This document shows, in pieces, positions 27,559 through 37,407 of a DNA stretch of 64,000 nt. Location: contig JACPBG010000004.1 in NCBI GenBank assembly GCA_016180435.1, forward strand, positions 59,660-123,659, written 5' to 3'. Every line of letters begins with the position of its first letter. Positions within the stretch are counted from its first letter, which is position 1. The stretch comes from Candidatus Sungiibacteriota bacterium (GTDB lineage: Bacteria > Patescibacteriota > Minisyncoccia > Sungbacterales > HO2-52-23). The notes below the pieces were generated by a model, which did no database searches, was not told where the DNA came from, and worked only from the letters and a program-made list of their open reading frames with translations. The translations under genes and the position numbers were made by a program.

Positions 27559-29493
27559 TTAATCTTTCCACAGGTTATTGGCCGCGTATTTGAGAATCAC
27601 GTCCACGCAGCTCGGGCAGTATCCATGCTCAAGGAGATTTTTGGTCATCATGTCGTATTTTTCCGTTTGCTCCGTGTCGCGCATGCGCGACTTGGTGATA
27701 ACCCGGCTTAGGTCGCGCACCGAAGTGATGAGTTTTTTCTCAATGGCCTCTTTGAGTGGCTCGTAACTGCGGAAGTCAATCTTTTCTTCGCGCCGCTTGG
27801 CTGCCCATAGATAGGAGATCACTTCCTGGCGGAATCCGTCGGCGGCCGAGCCGATGATGGCGATTTGCTCCTCGATTGATTTCATGAATCCTTCGTCGGG
27901 CGCCAACTCTTCTTTGGTGTTGCGATCCTTTACTTTGCTCTTGTTAACGTAGGCCTCGGCGTGATCCAGGTAATTCTGGAATAGCGCCTCCGCCTGCTCC
28001 TGGTAGGAATAGACAAACGCGCGGGTAATCTCCTTTTCCAGCACCTCAAGGTACTCCTTGTGCAGTGTATCCTGGAGAAACTCCAGATACTGCTTGCGCA
28101 TTTCGTCCGACAGATCAGCTTCCTTCACCATGTTGATCAGCGCTTCCCGAACATTGATGGGGTTGATGCAGTTGCCAGCGGTATTGTCGGTGAGCGCGTT
28201 ATCCAAGGCCTTCATTATGAAGCGCGTGGAAATACCGTTCATGCCTTCGCGTTTGGCTGCCTCGCGCAATTCCTGTACATCAACTTTCTTGGTGCGCCCC
28301 TTCTCAAGCACCTCTTCGCCGTTATACAGCTTCAGCTTGGTCATGAGGTCGCACTTGTTGGTGGGCTCCAGGCGCGACAGGATCGCGAACATGGAGGCGA
28401 CCTCCAGGGTGTGCGGCGCCACGTGGGCGCGGAAGTCGGAGTTGCGGATGATCTTCTGATAAATTTTAACTTCTTCGGAGAGGCGCAGGTTGTAGGACAC
28501 GCGAATCACCACAATGCGATCCAGAATCGCTTCGTTGGTGTGGTCTCCCTTGAATTTCTGCCACTCAGCCTCGTTGGAATGGGCCACGATAACTGTGTCC
28601 ACATAGACCAATCCGTGGCGGCCGGGCGCGGGCACAACCTTTTCTTGGGTCGCCGTGATCATGCAATGGAGATACTCGATTTCGTTTTTGAAAACCTCAA
28701 TGAACTCAACTATGCCGCGGTTGCCAACATTAAGCGCGCCATTTAGTTCCAGGACCCGCGGATCGCCCTCGGAATAGAGATCCAACTTCGAGATATCTTC
28801 GCTGCCGATCAGTACGGAAGTATCTTGGTTATTGGAATCCACAGGCGGAACCGATGCGGTACCGACCCGCGCGCGTTTGGAAAATTCCACGGTAGTAATT
28901 GGGAAGTCCTCATACTTGCCGCCGAACTCTTCTTTAAGCCGATAACGGCAGACCGGACACAGGTCGCCTTCAATGTGAATTCCCAGCATCTTTTCAAATT
29001 CTTTTCTCAAGTGGCGCGGTATCAAATGCAGGGGCTCTTCGAACATCGGACAGCCATCAATGGCGAAGATGGGATCGCTTGCCTCCAGGCCTCGATTCAG
29101 TTTTTCCGCAAGCGAGCTTTTGCCGGAACCCACCGGACCCATCAGATAGAGCACCTGGCGGCTTTCTTCACCTTTGAGCGATGCGGCGTGGAAGTAGCGC
29201 ACGATCTGGCTGACTATTTTCTCGATGCCGAAGAACTCATCGGTGAAGAAATCGTAAACCTTGATTGACTCGTCTTTGAAAAGACGTTTAACGTGGGGGT
29301 CGGTGCTTTCCTGAATGTCGCGGACGCCTGCTTTGACGATGATGTCATAAAAACGGGCGTGAGCCAGCTTGGCGATGGAGGGATCTTCCTTGATCTTGTC
29401 GAGGTAGCCGAGTAGCTTCCCGCTCCAATCATTTCGCCTATGGTGTGTTTCTCGGTCCTGTCTGATCAGTTCTCTGTATTCGTCTTCGCTCAT
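27559..29493 (-). CDS. prkA: PrkA/YeaG serine kinase / AAA+ ATPase
   Basis: GPVGSGKSS, GCPMFEEPL, NRGIVEFIE, HSNEAEW, GISTRF, GYCPSC. Confidence 0.96.
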   Translation of the reverse strand: MSEDEYRELIRQDRETHHRRNDWSGKLLGYLDKIKEDPSIAKLAHARFYDIIVKAGVRDIQESTDPHVKRLFKDESIKVYDFFTDEFFGIEKIVSQIVRYFHAASLKGEESRQVLYLMGPVGSGKSSLAEKLNRGLEASDPIFAIDGCPMFEEPLHLIPRHLRKEFEKMLGIHIEGDLCPVCRYRLKEEFGGKYEDFPITTVEFSKRARVGTASVPPVDSNNQDTSVLIGSEDISKLDLYSEGDPRVLELNGALNVGNRGIVEFIEVFKNEIEYLHCMITATQEKVVPAPGRHGLVYVDTVIVAHSNEAEWQKFKGDHTNEAILDRIVVIRVSYNLRLSEEVKIYQKIIRNSDFRAHVAPHTLEVASMFAILSRLEPTNKCDLMTKLKLYNGEEVLEKGRTKKVDVQELREAAKREGMNGISTRFIMKALDNALTDNTAGNCINPINVREALINMVKEADLSDEMRKQYLEFLQDTLHKEYLEVLEKEITRAFVYSYQEQAEALFQNYLDHAEAYVNKSKVKDRNTKEELAPDEGFMKSIEEQIAIIGSAADGFRQEVISYLWAAKRREEKIDFRSYEPLKEAIEKKLITSVRDLSRVITKSRMRDTEQTEKYDMMTKNLLEHGYCPSCVDVILKYAANNLWKD

Positions 29494-29583
29494 CTTTTTT
29501 CTCCTTGTTTTGTGGCCAATATTGAGTTACCAAAGATCACATTACGTAAGCGCACTATAGCGCAAACCCCCATAAAAAGTCAA

Positions 29584-29684
29584 CCCCGTTAGAAGTTTGG
29601 TCCTGAAATCTCCATACGATTCAAATAATCCAACTATTATTGTGATGACGCATACACCGGGTGAGGATTACACTTCTAACGGGG
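29584..29684. mobile_element. CCCCGTTAGAA element flanked by TCAA direct repeats
   Basis: tcaa-ccccgttagaagt...acttctaacgggg-tcaa. Confidence 0.8.
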
Positions 29685-29961
29685 TCAACCCCCCAGTTTT
29701 GTACAATACGAGATTAGCCCCAAATAATCCTTAACTATACGGTATCAAAGGTAATTCCTCGACTCGCTCGGCTCGCTTGGAGAATATTGTTCGAGTTTAT
29801 CGAGAACCTTCCTAAGGTAACCGCGCAGCAAGCTGACGCGGAATTATCAAGTTAAAAAACCCATGAAATTCCATGGGCCCATTTTATTGAGGTGAAGACG
29901 GGGCGAGCAAGCCCGCGGTTTTCTGGGGCGCGGATAAAAAATCGGGCGAGGCCCGATTAAA

Positions 29962-31599
29962 TTAACTCATATTTATTTCATCTTCATTTTCCGGATGTGT
30001 ATCGGATATCGCCGGTCTGAATTTTTTGGCGGCGCGATTTACTTGCGCCAGCGCTTTTCTGTCGCGGGCGGATATTTTGTAACGCTCCGGGTCGAGGTTT
30101 TTGATATATAGGATTTTGGCGGATCTCTTGCCTGCATTAAATACAAAAGTAAACTCTTCCCAAACAGAGTCAACCAGGCATTTTTTATCGAGCTCGCGGG
30201 AAAAAATTATCCGGAGTATTTCTTCGCGCCAGTTAGCGCGCGTGCGTTCCGGCGGATTTTGCGTGGCCCACCTGACAAGATTTTCCGGAAATAATTTTTT
30301 AATAAGGCCGGCGCGAAGATACTGGCCGTAGGGACTTTGGGCGGTGTCCATGAATGCGTACTCGGATATGAACTCAAGAATATCTCGCAAAACATCCTGG
30401 TTGGAAGATGTGGGGATTTTTCCAACCGGCCGTTCTTCGCCGCGCGGCAGGATAGCTTCCGGATCAAACCCTCGGCTTTTCAGATACGGCATGATAAAAT
30501 AATGCAAAATCGCGGCCCAATCCAGGAATTGCGCAAGATACGGGAGGTCCCAGTGGGCGATCGCATCAATTATGTTTTCCCAGAGATTAAGGGCAAGTTT
30601 CCGTTCCGGGCTGAAGGATTGGCGTCCCGGCCCCGCAAAAAATTCCTGCGCCTGTTTTATGTAGAAGCGCTGGAAATCAAGCGCGTTCCAGCGTAAACCC
30701 TCTTCCAGAAGCGAAACCGGATTTTTTGATCCGGGGTCGGCGTTAAAAAAAAGCGAGGCCTCGAATAAATCCATCGGATAAATGTTCGGCGGGATCTTTA
30801 GAAATTTCTCTTCGGCCATGGTCAGAATAATGTCCAGCGTTGCATATTTCAAAAACAATTGCCATGCGGACATCGTGGAATTTCCTGACACATCATGGTG
30901 GCGTCTCCATCTCGTTTTGTCTGCGTATTGAGAATCTTTTTTTGAGAAGAAACTGGGTTTGTCTTCGGCCTTCCTGTTATTTTTCATGACCTCGGCGCGT
31001 TGGGAGAGGACAAACTGCAGGGTGTTGTCCGTTGCATTGATTTTTATCCAGCCGTTTCCAATAAGGCACCAGCGCGATATTAAAAACGGTATAATTAATT
31101 CGAAAAAATCACTGCGTTTGGAAAAGACCGATTTTTTTACCAAATAATTGGCATGCGAGCCCCAGCTGTTAACATCTAAATCCACCATCGGATACAATTC
31201 CACGTCGTAACAACAATTTCGGTTGGTCTTATAAAGTTTGAAATCCAAACCGGTTTTTCTTTTCAGGCGCCGCATCATCTGCGTCATAATCTGGAGCCCC
31301 GCGCTCTCAAAAAGCGCAAGTTCCAGGGCGCCCAGGCACTCCGGAGTGGAATATTCCACATGTTCGTTATCTATATAGATGATTCCTTGATTAGGAAGAA
31401 CGGCTTTGGGACGCCGGTTTGAGAAGCTGTCGTCATCCGGGTTGATTAGCCGGCGGCGGTCTTGTTTTGAAACCGCAGCGCGCAGAATCAATGGCTGATT
31501 TTCCGATTCCTTGACAAGAAGAAAAGGCTCCGGCGAACTTAATTCATTTTCGGCGCCCATGATGCGATGGATTATTCTTTCGGTTTTTTGCGAACCCAT
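29962..31599 (-). CDS. Divergent PafA/Dop-family (Pup ligase-like) protein
   Basis: RIMGAENE, HVEYSTPEC, LYKTN, SWGSHANY, LSQRA, YADKTRWRRHH; start set at MGSQK. Confidence 0.85.
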   Translation of the reverse strand: MGSQKTERIIHRIMGAENELSSPEPFLLVKESENQPLILRAAVSKQDRRRLINPDDDSFSNRRPKAVLPNQGIIYIDNEHVEYSTPECLGALELALFESAGLQIMTQMMRRLKRKTGLDFKLYKTNRNCCYDVELYPMVDLDVNSWGSHANYLVKKSVFSKRSDFFELIIPFLISRWCLIGNGWIKINATDNTLQFVLSQRAEVMKNNRKAEDKPSFFSKKDSQYADKTRWRRHHDVSGNSTMSAWQLFLKYATLDIILTMAEEKFLKIPPNIYPMDLFEASLFFNADPGSKNPVSLLEEGLRWNALDFQRFYIKQAQEFFAGPGRQSFSPERKLALNLWENIIDAIAHWDLPYLAQFLDWAAILHYFIMPYLKSRGFDPEAILPRGEERPVGKIPTSSNQDVLRDILEFISEYAFMDTAQSPYGQYLRAGLIKKLFPENLVRWATQNPPERTRANWREEILRIIFSRELDKKCLVDSVWEEFTFVFNAGKRSAKILYIKNLDPERYKISARDRKALAQVNRAAKKFRPAISDTHPENEDEINMS

Positions 31600-31710
31600 G
31601 CGTGTACCGTATTGAATTGGCAAGTTCCTGAATAAAGCATCGCAAGATATACGAAATAAAGCAAGCGGCGGCATGAAAAAACGGGGAATATTCCCCGTAG
31701 AAATAAGTAT

Positions 31711-31911
31711 TTATTCGCCTTTTTCCTGTATGTGGCGGCGCCTTTTGCGTCGGGCCTTTTTCTTCAGATCCTTCTTGTTTTTCTTGAGTACCTCGTTGAT
31801 CCTTTTCTTTATTTCCTCCGCTTCCTCAACTGTGGCTCCAGGATTATTTATCACACCCCGCTCGGGGATATTGAATTCCGGGCGCTCTATTTTCTCGCGT
31901 TTTACCGGCAT
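31711..31911 (-). CDS. Pup/UBact-like small modifier protein
   Basis: 66 aa, lies between two PafA/Dop genes, C-terminus HIQEKGE. Confidence 0.75.
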   Translation of the reverse strand: MPVKREKIERPEFNIPERGVINNPGATVEEAEEIKKRINEVLKKNKKDLKKKARRKRRRHIQEKGE

Positions 31912-31974
31912 AAAGACCTAATTTGCGCATATTTATCGGTTCTCATAACATTTTACGCCATATCCGAAAAATCA

Positions 31975-33567
31975 TCAAACGCAGAATTTCACAACTTTAA
32001 CCGGAATCATTCTTTCGGCATCGGCCAGAAATTTTTCAAGCGGCAGAGCCAGAAGCTGATCGGCAACTCCTTGGTTCCACATAAGAGTCGGGTCTTGGAA
32101 ATAAAGTTCTGCGCGGACAGTTCTTTTGGCCGGATTTTTAAATGAAATCATGTGCCAATAATTAGAGTCCGCAATATTTTTTTTGAAGCGGCGCGCCACA
32201 TTCATAATCCAGCGCGAGCGGGTTAGGGGCGGGGCGCCCACGGCGCCGTTGATATCCTGGTCGTGCGTAATGCGTCCGTTTTTGGCGAAAATTTCGCGCT
32301 GGAACACGCTTTCCGGATCATTATCATGGTATTCGTAGTCAAGCCCCATGGCTAAATCGCTTTTCCAGCCCCCTCGCTCTTGGGAGACGGCGTTTTGTAT
32401 GAATAGGAATTTGGTCGGCCAATCCAAAACGCCATAAAGCGATTCGTAGTCGCGCCGGAAAAGTTTTTTAAGAATATCGGCCAGGCGCGCTAAAACATCA
32501 TAAAGCACTTCATTTTCCGGATGATATTCATCCAGATAATTTCCGAAAAGTTCGTAATAATCCCAAAGGCAATCAAGCGCGAGGCGCGTTCTTTTTTTAT
32601 TTCGCAAAGTAACGCGGTGCGTCATGTCAAGCGAGCGCGAAATTGCCCAAAATTCTTTAACAGGATCCATGAGGGCGAAGCGGTTGTCCAGTACCTCATC
32701 CTCAAGCATCATAAAAAGTATGGATGTTAAGCCAATTTTGAGATACTCCGGAATTTCCAGCATATTGGAATCGCCGGGAATAACATGTATTCGGCGGAAG
32801 CGTCCGGCGTCGGCATACGGAGCGTCGCGGGTGTTATATATTCCCCGATCCTCCATGGTGTCCAGTCCCCACTCGCAGGTGAAAAAATCAGCGCGCTGGG
32901 AAATCTGGTAAGGCGCCTCCGGGGTGCAGTTGTCTGCCCCGATTTTGCCGGCTCCGATAAGAGGCGTGCGCAACACCAGCCACGGCACCGTATGCGATAT
33001 TAATTTTTCTAAAGGAATCCGGCGCAAAACCGTATAATTTTCGTGGCAAGCAAAAGAGTTGCGGGCGCCGGAGCCAGGAATATAATCTTGCGGTTTTCCG
33101 GCAACGTTATTTCTAATTACGGCGTATTTTTTTCTGTGAACCTCCTCGTGTTTTTTTCGCAAGAAATCAATTATGCGGTAACAGGCGCGATTCCAGGTAA
33201 TGAGCATTTTCGGATCAGAGCAGATCGGAGTTGAAATCTCGACATGCGCGCCATCAAGATATAGCCGGGCGCCGTTGGCAAGCAATATATTTTCACGCGA
33301 GCACCAGGAGTTCTCCTCAAAAAAATCATGATTTTTAGCGTCAGCATTTTTGGAAAGATCGCTAAACAACTCCGCTCGTATTTGCGGGCTTAATCTCTCC
33401 TGCGGATTCCACGGGATCATGCATGCATCCGGCATCCATTCGGGTTGGATGGATTGAATGAATTTGGCGTTGGCCGATATAGGGCCTGCGCGGGATGACA
33501 GATCAATGATCCCGAATTCGGTTTCAATCCCGCACATCTTGGGAATGGCGCGTGATTCTTTTGGCAT
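31975..33567 (-). CDS. dop: Dop-like depupylase/deamidase (PafA2 family)
   Basis: GIETEFGI, NGARLYLDGAH, ACHENY, ISQRADF, GLDT..RGIYNTRD, RRIHVIPGDSN. Confidence 0.88.
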   Translation of the reverse strand: MPKESRAIPKMCGIETEFGIIDLSSRAGPISANAKFIQSIQPEWMPDACMIPWNPQERLSPQIRAELFSDLSKNADAKNHDFFEENSWCSRENILLANGARLYLDGAHVEISTPICSDPKMLITWNRACYRIIDFLRKKHEEVHRKKYAVIRNNVAGKPQDYIPGSGARNSFACHENYTVLRRIPLEKLISHTVPWLVLRTPLIGAGKIGADNCTPEAPYQISQRADFFTCEWGLDTMEDRGIYNTRDAPYADAGRFRRIHVIPGDSNMLEIPEYLKIGLTSILFMMLEDEVLDNRFALMDPVKEFWAISRSLDMTHRVTLRNKKRTRLALDCLWDYYELFGNYLDEYHPENEVLYDVLARLADILKKLFRRDYESLYGVLDWPTKFLFIQNAVSQERGGWKSDLAMGLDYEYHDNDPESVFQREIFAKNGRITHDQDINGAVGAPPLTRSRWIMNVARRFKKNIADSNYWHMISFKNPAKRTVRAELYFQDPTLMWNQGVADQLLALPLEKFLADAERMIPVKVVKFCV

Positions 33568-33649
33568 ATTCCGCCCCTTTTAAAAAGCTGATCCCAGCGT
33601 AGCAGGTTTTGGGCCAAAATAAAATACCCCCGCGCGCTGCGTAGGGGCG

Positions 33650-33856
33650 TTATTTTGGATGGTTGCGATTTTCGCGGATGTCCTGGAATCTTCGGAGCAT
33701 CGCTTTTTGGGCGGATTCCAAAATATCAGACCGCAGGATTTTGAGCGATTGGTCAGTTCCGTGTTCAAGCCGTTTTAGTGCGGCCAGCTTGGCATTGCGG
33801 ACCGTTTCCTCGATCATGGCGCCGGTTATTACGTCAATTCCCTGTGACCTTTGCAT
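33650..33856 (-). pseudogene. Out-of-frame C-terminal fragment of the ARC ATPase
   Basis: DVITGAMIEETVRNAKLAALKR matches the ARC/Mpa SGAMIxNxVDRAK segment; overlaps the end of the main ORF in another frame. Confidence 0.7.
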
Positions 33857-34994
33857 TTCCGTTGTCCGCTTTCAGTTCATCCATGTCAAATGGCAGCTCG
33901 GGCAGGAGGTATTTTCTAAAAATATCTTTGGTGCCGCTGGTGCCTGGGGCCTTGATTTCAAGTATAAGATCAATGCGGCCCGGCCGTATCACGGCGCGGT
34001 CAAAAATGTCGCGGCGGTTTGAAGCAAAAATAACCAAGACATTATCGAGTTTTTCCAGGCCGTCAAGTTCTCCCAGAATTTGCGATACCAGCGGGTCAAA
34101 AAGCTGGGAATTGATTCCGGCCGAGTCGCGCGGGCGCAAAATGGACTCCGCTTCGTCAATAAATATTACGCACGATTCGCGCCGCGCTTCGGCAAAAACC
34201 ATGCGAACTTTTTCTTCTCCGGTGCCGATCAGCGGCCTAAGAAACTCCGCGCTGTTAAAATAAAGGAATCGTCGTCCGAGTTCTTTGGCCAGCGCTTTGG
34301 CCAGCATGCTTTTTCCGCAGCCCGGGGGGCCGATTAGCAGCACGCCCTTGGTGGGACGTAAATTTAACTTTCGGAAGGCGTCCGGGAAGCGTTGCGGATA
34401 TTCTATGGCCGCGCGCAGTTCCTCGATTTCTTTATCCAGGCCGCCGATATCCGAAAAACTTACATCCAGCGCATAGTCCTTGGCAAATGAGGGCGGTGTC
34501 GGCTCGGGCAGTTTTTCAAAAAGAAAACCAGACGCTGAATCCATCAGGAGCTTATCGCCCGGTTTCAATTCTTGTGACCGAAGGGACGAGGCCAGAACGC
34601 CAACCGGCTCTCGGGATTGATGTGCAACCAACGCGCGACCGTTATCCAGTTTTTCTTTAAATGTAACGGCAACGCCCGAACGGATGGGTGCGCGTACTTT
34701 GCCGATAATGTTCATGGCCGAATTTAAAATTACCACATCTCCGGGTTCCAGCGCGTCAGCGCCCCGTGCATTATAGAATGGATTACCTACCCTTATGGGT
34801 ACTGGTCGGCCGTCGGCAAAAACATCTACGGTTTTGTCGTCATTATGTTGCCCTAAAATTCCATAATAAAAAGGCGGTTTTGAAATTTTTTCCGTGTACG
34901 CCAGGGCGTTTTTAAGCGCTTGCTCAAGTTCGGAATTCCTTCTTTCCAGAAGAACAATCTCGCGCAGCGTGTGGGCAGATTTATTACGGGCCAT
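33834..34994 (-). CDS. arc: ARC/Mpa-like proteasomal AAA ATPase (truncated by frameshift)
   Basis: N-terminal coiled coil ending PPFYYG, two OB-like domains, FSDIGGL, GPPGCGKS, IFIDEAE, RPGRID. Confidence 0.85.
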   Translation of the reverse strand: MARNKSAHTLREIVLLERRNSELEQALKNALAYTEKISKPPFYYGILGQHNDDKTVDVFADGRPVPIRVGNPFYNARGADALEPGDVVILNSAMNIIGKVRAPIRSGVAVTFKEKLDNGRALVAHQSREPVGVLASSLRSQELKPGDKLLMDSASGFLFEKLPEPTPPSFAKDYALDVSFSDIGGLDKEIEELRAAIEYPQRFPDAFRKLNLRPTKGVLLIGPPGCGKSMLAKALAKELGRRFLYFNSAEFLRPLIGTGEEKVRMVFAEARRESCVIFIDEAESILRPRDSAGINSQLFDPLVSQILGELDGLEKLDNVLVIFASNRRDIFDRAVIRPGRIDLILEIKAPGTSGTKDIFRKYLLPELPFDMDELKADNGNAKVTGN

Positions 34995-35092
34995 TTGTCG
35001 ATTTTTCCTGGAAAAGTTCTACTTTATTCTTATCATCCCGCGTCAAATAGCGCAAATTAAAAATCGGCCCGGCGGGGTCTTAGTTTTTGAAA

Positions 35093-35164
35093 TGGGGATG
35101 GCAGGGATCGAACCTGCGACGGCCGTCTTATAAGGGCGGTGCTCTACCACTGAGCTACATCCCC
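35093..35164 (-). tRNA. tRNA-Ile(TAT)
   Basis: GGGGATG/CATCCCC acceptor; anticodon arm ccgcc-ctTATaa-gacgg; GGTTCGATCC. Confidence 0.88.
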
Positions 35165-35246
35165 ACAAAAAAGCTTGCCCTCCTAAATTTTGCAATACAA
35201 AATTTTGGAGGGTGAAGAAGGACAAGCCAAGCCACATGCTCATAAA

Positions 35247-37064
35247 TTATTCCTTCACCAACTTTTCAAATTCATCCCGCTCAATTGTTTCTCTTTCCAC
35301 AAGTATTTTGGCGATTTCATCAAGTTTCGCGCGGCGGCGCGTTAAAATTTCCCGCGCGCGTTTCTCCGCACCGGTAATCAATTTTTTGATTTCCTCGTCA
35401 ATAATGCGCGCGGTTTCTTCCGAATAATTGCGTTCGGTGGTGAGTTCGCGTCCCAAAAACACCAACTCTTCTTTCTCGCCAAGCGTCATGGGGCCGACTT
35501 TATCCGACATCCCGAAGCGCATGACAAGCGATCGCGCCAGGTCGCTGGCTTTTTTCAGGTCATCGTGCGGTCCGGTGGTGATGTCCGCAAAGACCAATTT
35601 TTCCGCAACAAACCCGCCCAGAGCCACTGCCAATTCATTCAGCAGATAACTTCTGGAATGCAGATGCCGGTCTTCGGTCGGAAGTTTCAGGGTATAACCG
35701 GCGGCGCGGCCTCGCGACACTATGGATACTTTATGGATCGGATCAACGCCCTTAAGGGATGCGGCCACCAGAGCGTGTCCTCCTTCGTGGTAAGCCGAGA
35801 TTTTTTTCTCTTCGGGCGACAAAATATGGCTTTTTCTTTCCGGCCCCAACATAACTTTTTCAATGGAATTAATAAGATCCATTTGTGATACTTTTTTCTG
35901 ATTTTCGCGCGCAGCCAGTATCGCCGCTTCATTCACCAGATTGGCCAAATCCGCGCCGGAAAATCCCGGGGTGCGTTCGGCAATTCTCCGCAGATTTACA
36001 TCATTGGCCAGGGGTTTATTAGCCGAATGAATATGCAAAATCGCTTCGCGGTCATTAATGTCCGGCAAATCCAGCGTAACCCTACGGTCAAACCTGCCGG
36101 GACGTAAAATCGCGGGGTCCAAGACGTCCGGACGATTCGTGGCCGCCATAACTATGACGCGGTCATCCGTTTCCATGCCATCCATTTCTACAAGAATCTG
36201 ATTCAGAGTTTGTTCGCGCTCATCATGACCTCCGCCAAGTCCGGCTCCGCGGATTCTTCCTATGGCATCCAATTCGTCAATAAAAATTATGGAGGGTGCG
36301 GCTTTTTTGGCAAGCCGGAATAAATCTCGGGTGCGTGAAGCCCCGACTCCCACGAACATTTCAATAAATTCCGAGGCGGACATGTGGAAAAACGGAACCC
36401 CGGCTTCTCCCGATACTGCCTTGGCAAGCAGTGTTTTTCCGGATCCCGGGGGACCCATCAAAAGCACGCCTTTCGGTATTTTGGCGCCGATGTCAAGGAA
36501 TTTCTTGGGGCTTTTCAGAAAATCCACTATTTCTTTTAGTTCCTCTTTGGCTTCTTTTACTCCGGCCACGTCTTTAAACATCACCCGTTCCTTTTTATTG
36601 TCCGGTGAGATCATGCGCGCCTTGGATTGGCCGAAGGTAAAGGCCTGCATGGCTCCGCGCTGGACCTGGCGCGCCGTAATCCAGAAAAAAAGAGCGATGA
36701 GAAGAACCGGCCCCAGGATCGGCAAAATAAATCCGAGAAAGAAATTCCATACCCCCTGGTTTTTGATCCCGATTTTTACCTCTTTTAATTTTTCTGGATC
36801 CACCCCGTAGTTTCTTAGGGTTTCGGTAAGTTCGGCCTGCGGCTCTTTTTCCGCGCGAAGTTCCTCACCCGAACGAGTGCGGATTTCAAGAGTAGAGTCC
36901 ACGATAGTGATCTCCGCAATTTCGCCCGCATTAACTTGGGCCGCAAGATCGGACAGCGGAATTTCTTTCACCTCACGGAGCGCTCCCGCCAACATAGAAT
37001 AAAATACTGAAATAGACATCAGTATAACCAGCGCCCACAAAAAATTTTTAGATAGATTTTTCAT
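35247..37064 (-). CDS. ftsH: ATP-dependent zinc metalloprotease FtsH
   Basis: Two TM helices, [22 protein letters not shown]. Confidence 0.98.
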   Translation of the reverse strand: MKNLSKNFLWALVILMSISVFYSMLAGALREVKEIPLSDLAAQVNAGEIAEITIVDSTLEIRTRSGEELRAEKEPQAELTETLRNYGVDPEKLKEVKIGIKNQGVWNFFLGFILPILGPVLLIALFFWITARQVQRGAMQAFTFGQSKARMISPDNKKERVMFKDVAGVKEAKEELKEIVDFLKSPKKFLDIGAKIPKGVLLMGPPGSGKTLLAKAVSGEAGVPFFHMSASEFIEMFVGVGASRTRDLFRLAKKAAPSIIFIDELDAIGRIRGAGLGGGHDEREQTLNQILVEMDGMETDDRVIVMAATNRPDVLDPAILRPGRFDRRVTLDLPDINDREAILHIHSANKPLANDVNLRRIAERTPGFSGADLANLVNEAAILAARENQKKVSQMDLINSIEKVMLGPERKSHILSPEEKKISAYHEGGHALVAASLKGVDPIHKVSIVSRGRAAGYTLKLPTEDRHLHSRSYLLNELAVALGGFVAEKLVFADITTGPHDDLKKASDLARSLVMRFGMSDKVGPMTLGEKEELVFLGRELTTERNYSEETARIIDEEIKKLITGAEKRAREILTRRRAKLDEIAKILVERETIERDEFEKLVKE

Positions 37065-37407
37065 CCCGCACATAACCTGCACAATTTAGTGGGTCTTAAA
37101 AGACCGCAAAATATAATTGTACAAATTTTTATGGTTAATCCCACACAAAAAACAAGTACTTTTAAATTTGAGCCAAGTGCAAGTTATGTGCGGGATTCAT
37201 GCGTTTTGTCATCATACACTAAAAAATACTACTGGACAAGTAGGAAAAAAATCAATAAAATTCCTATGTTATATGATCCCGTCCGTAGTCCAATTTTACT
37301 CTCCAACCCGCCTTGGCTATATAGCAAAATCCGGATTCCACCCGCATTCTTAATTTAGATATAGTGGATAATTTTACCTTGCAGTTCGGCTGTCATGTGT
37401 GATATAA

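Noticed and set aside
28058-29268. Long plus-strand ORFs opposite prkA (also opposite ftsH, gyrB and hisS)
   Set aside because: Antisense shadows of well-supported genes.
29962-34994. 20S proteasome subunit genes
   Set aside because: No Ntn-hydrolase-like ORF with an N-terminal Thr motif was found in the window.
37089-37358. Short ORFs between ftsH and the LAGLIDADG-like gene
   Set aside because: No motifs or clear RBS; they overlap an inverted-repeat element and the probable divergent promoter region.
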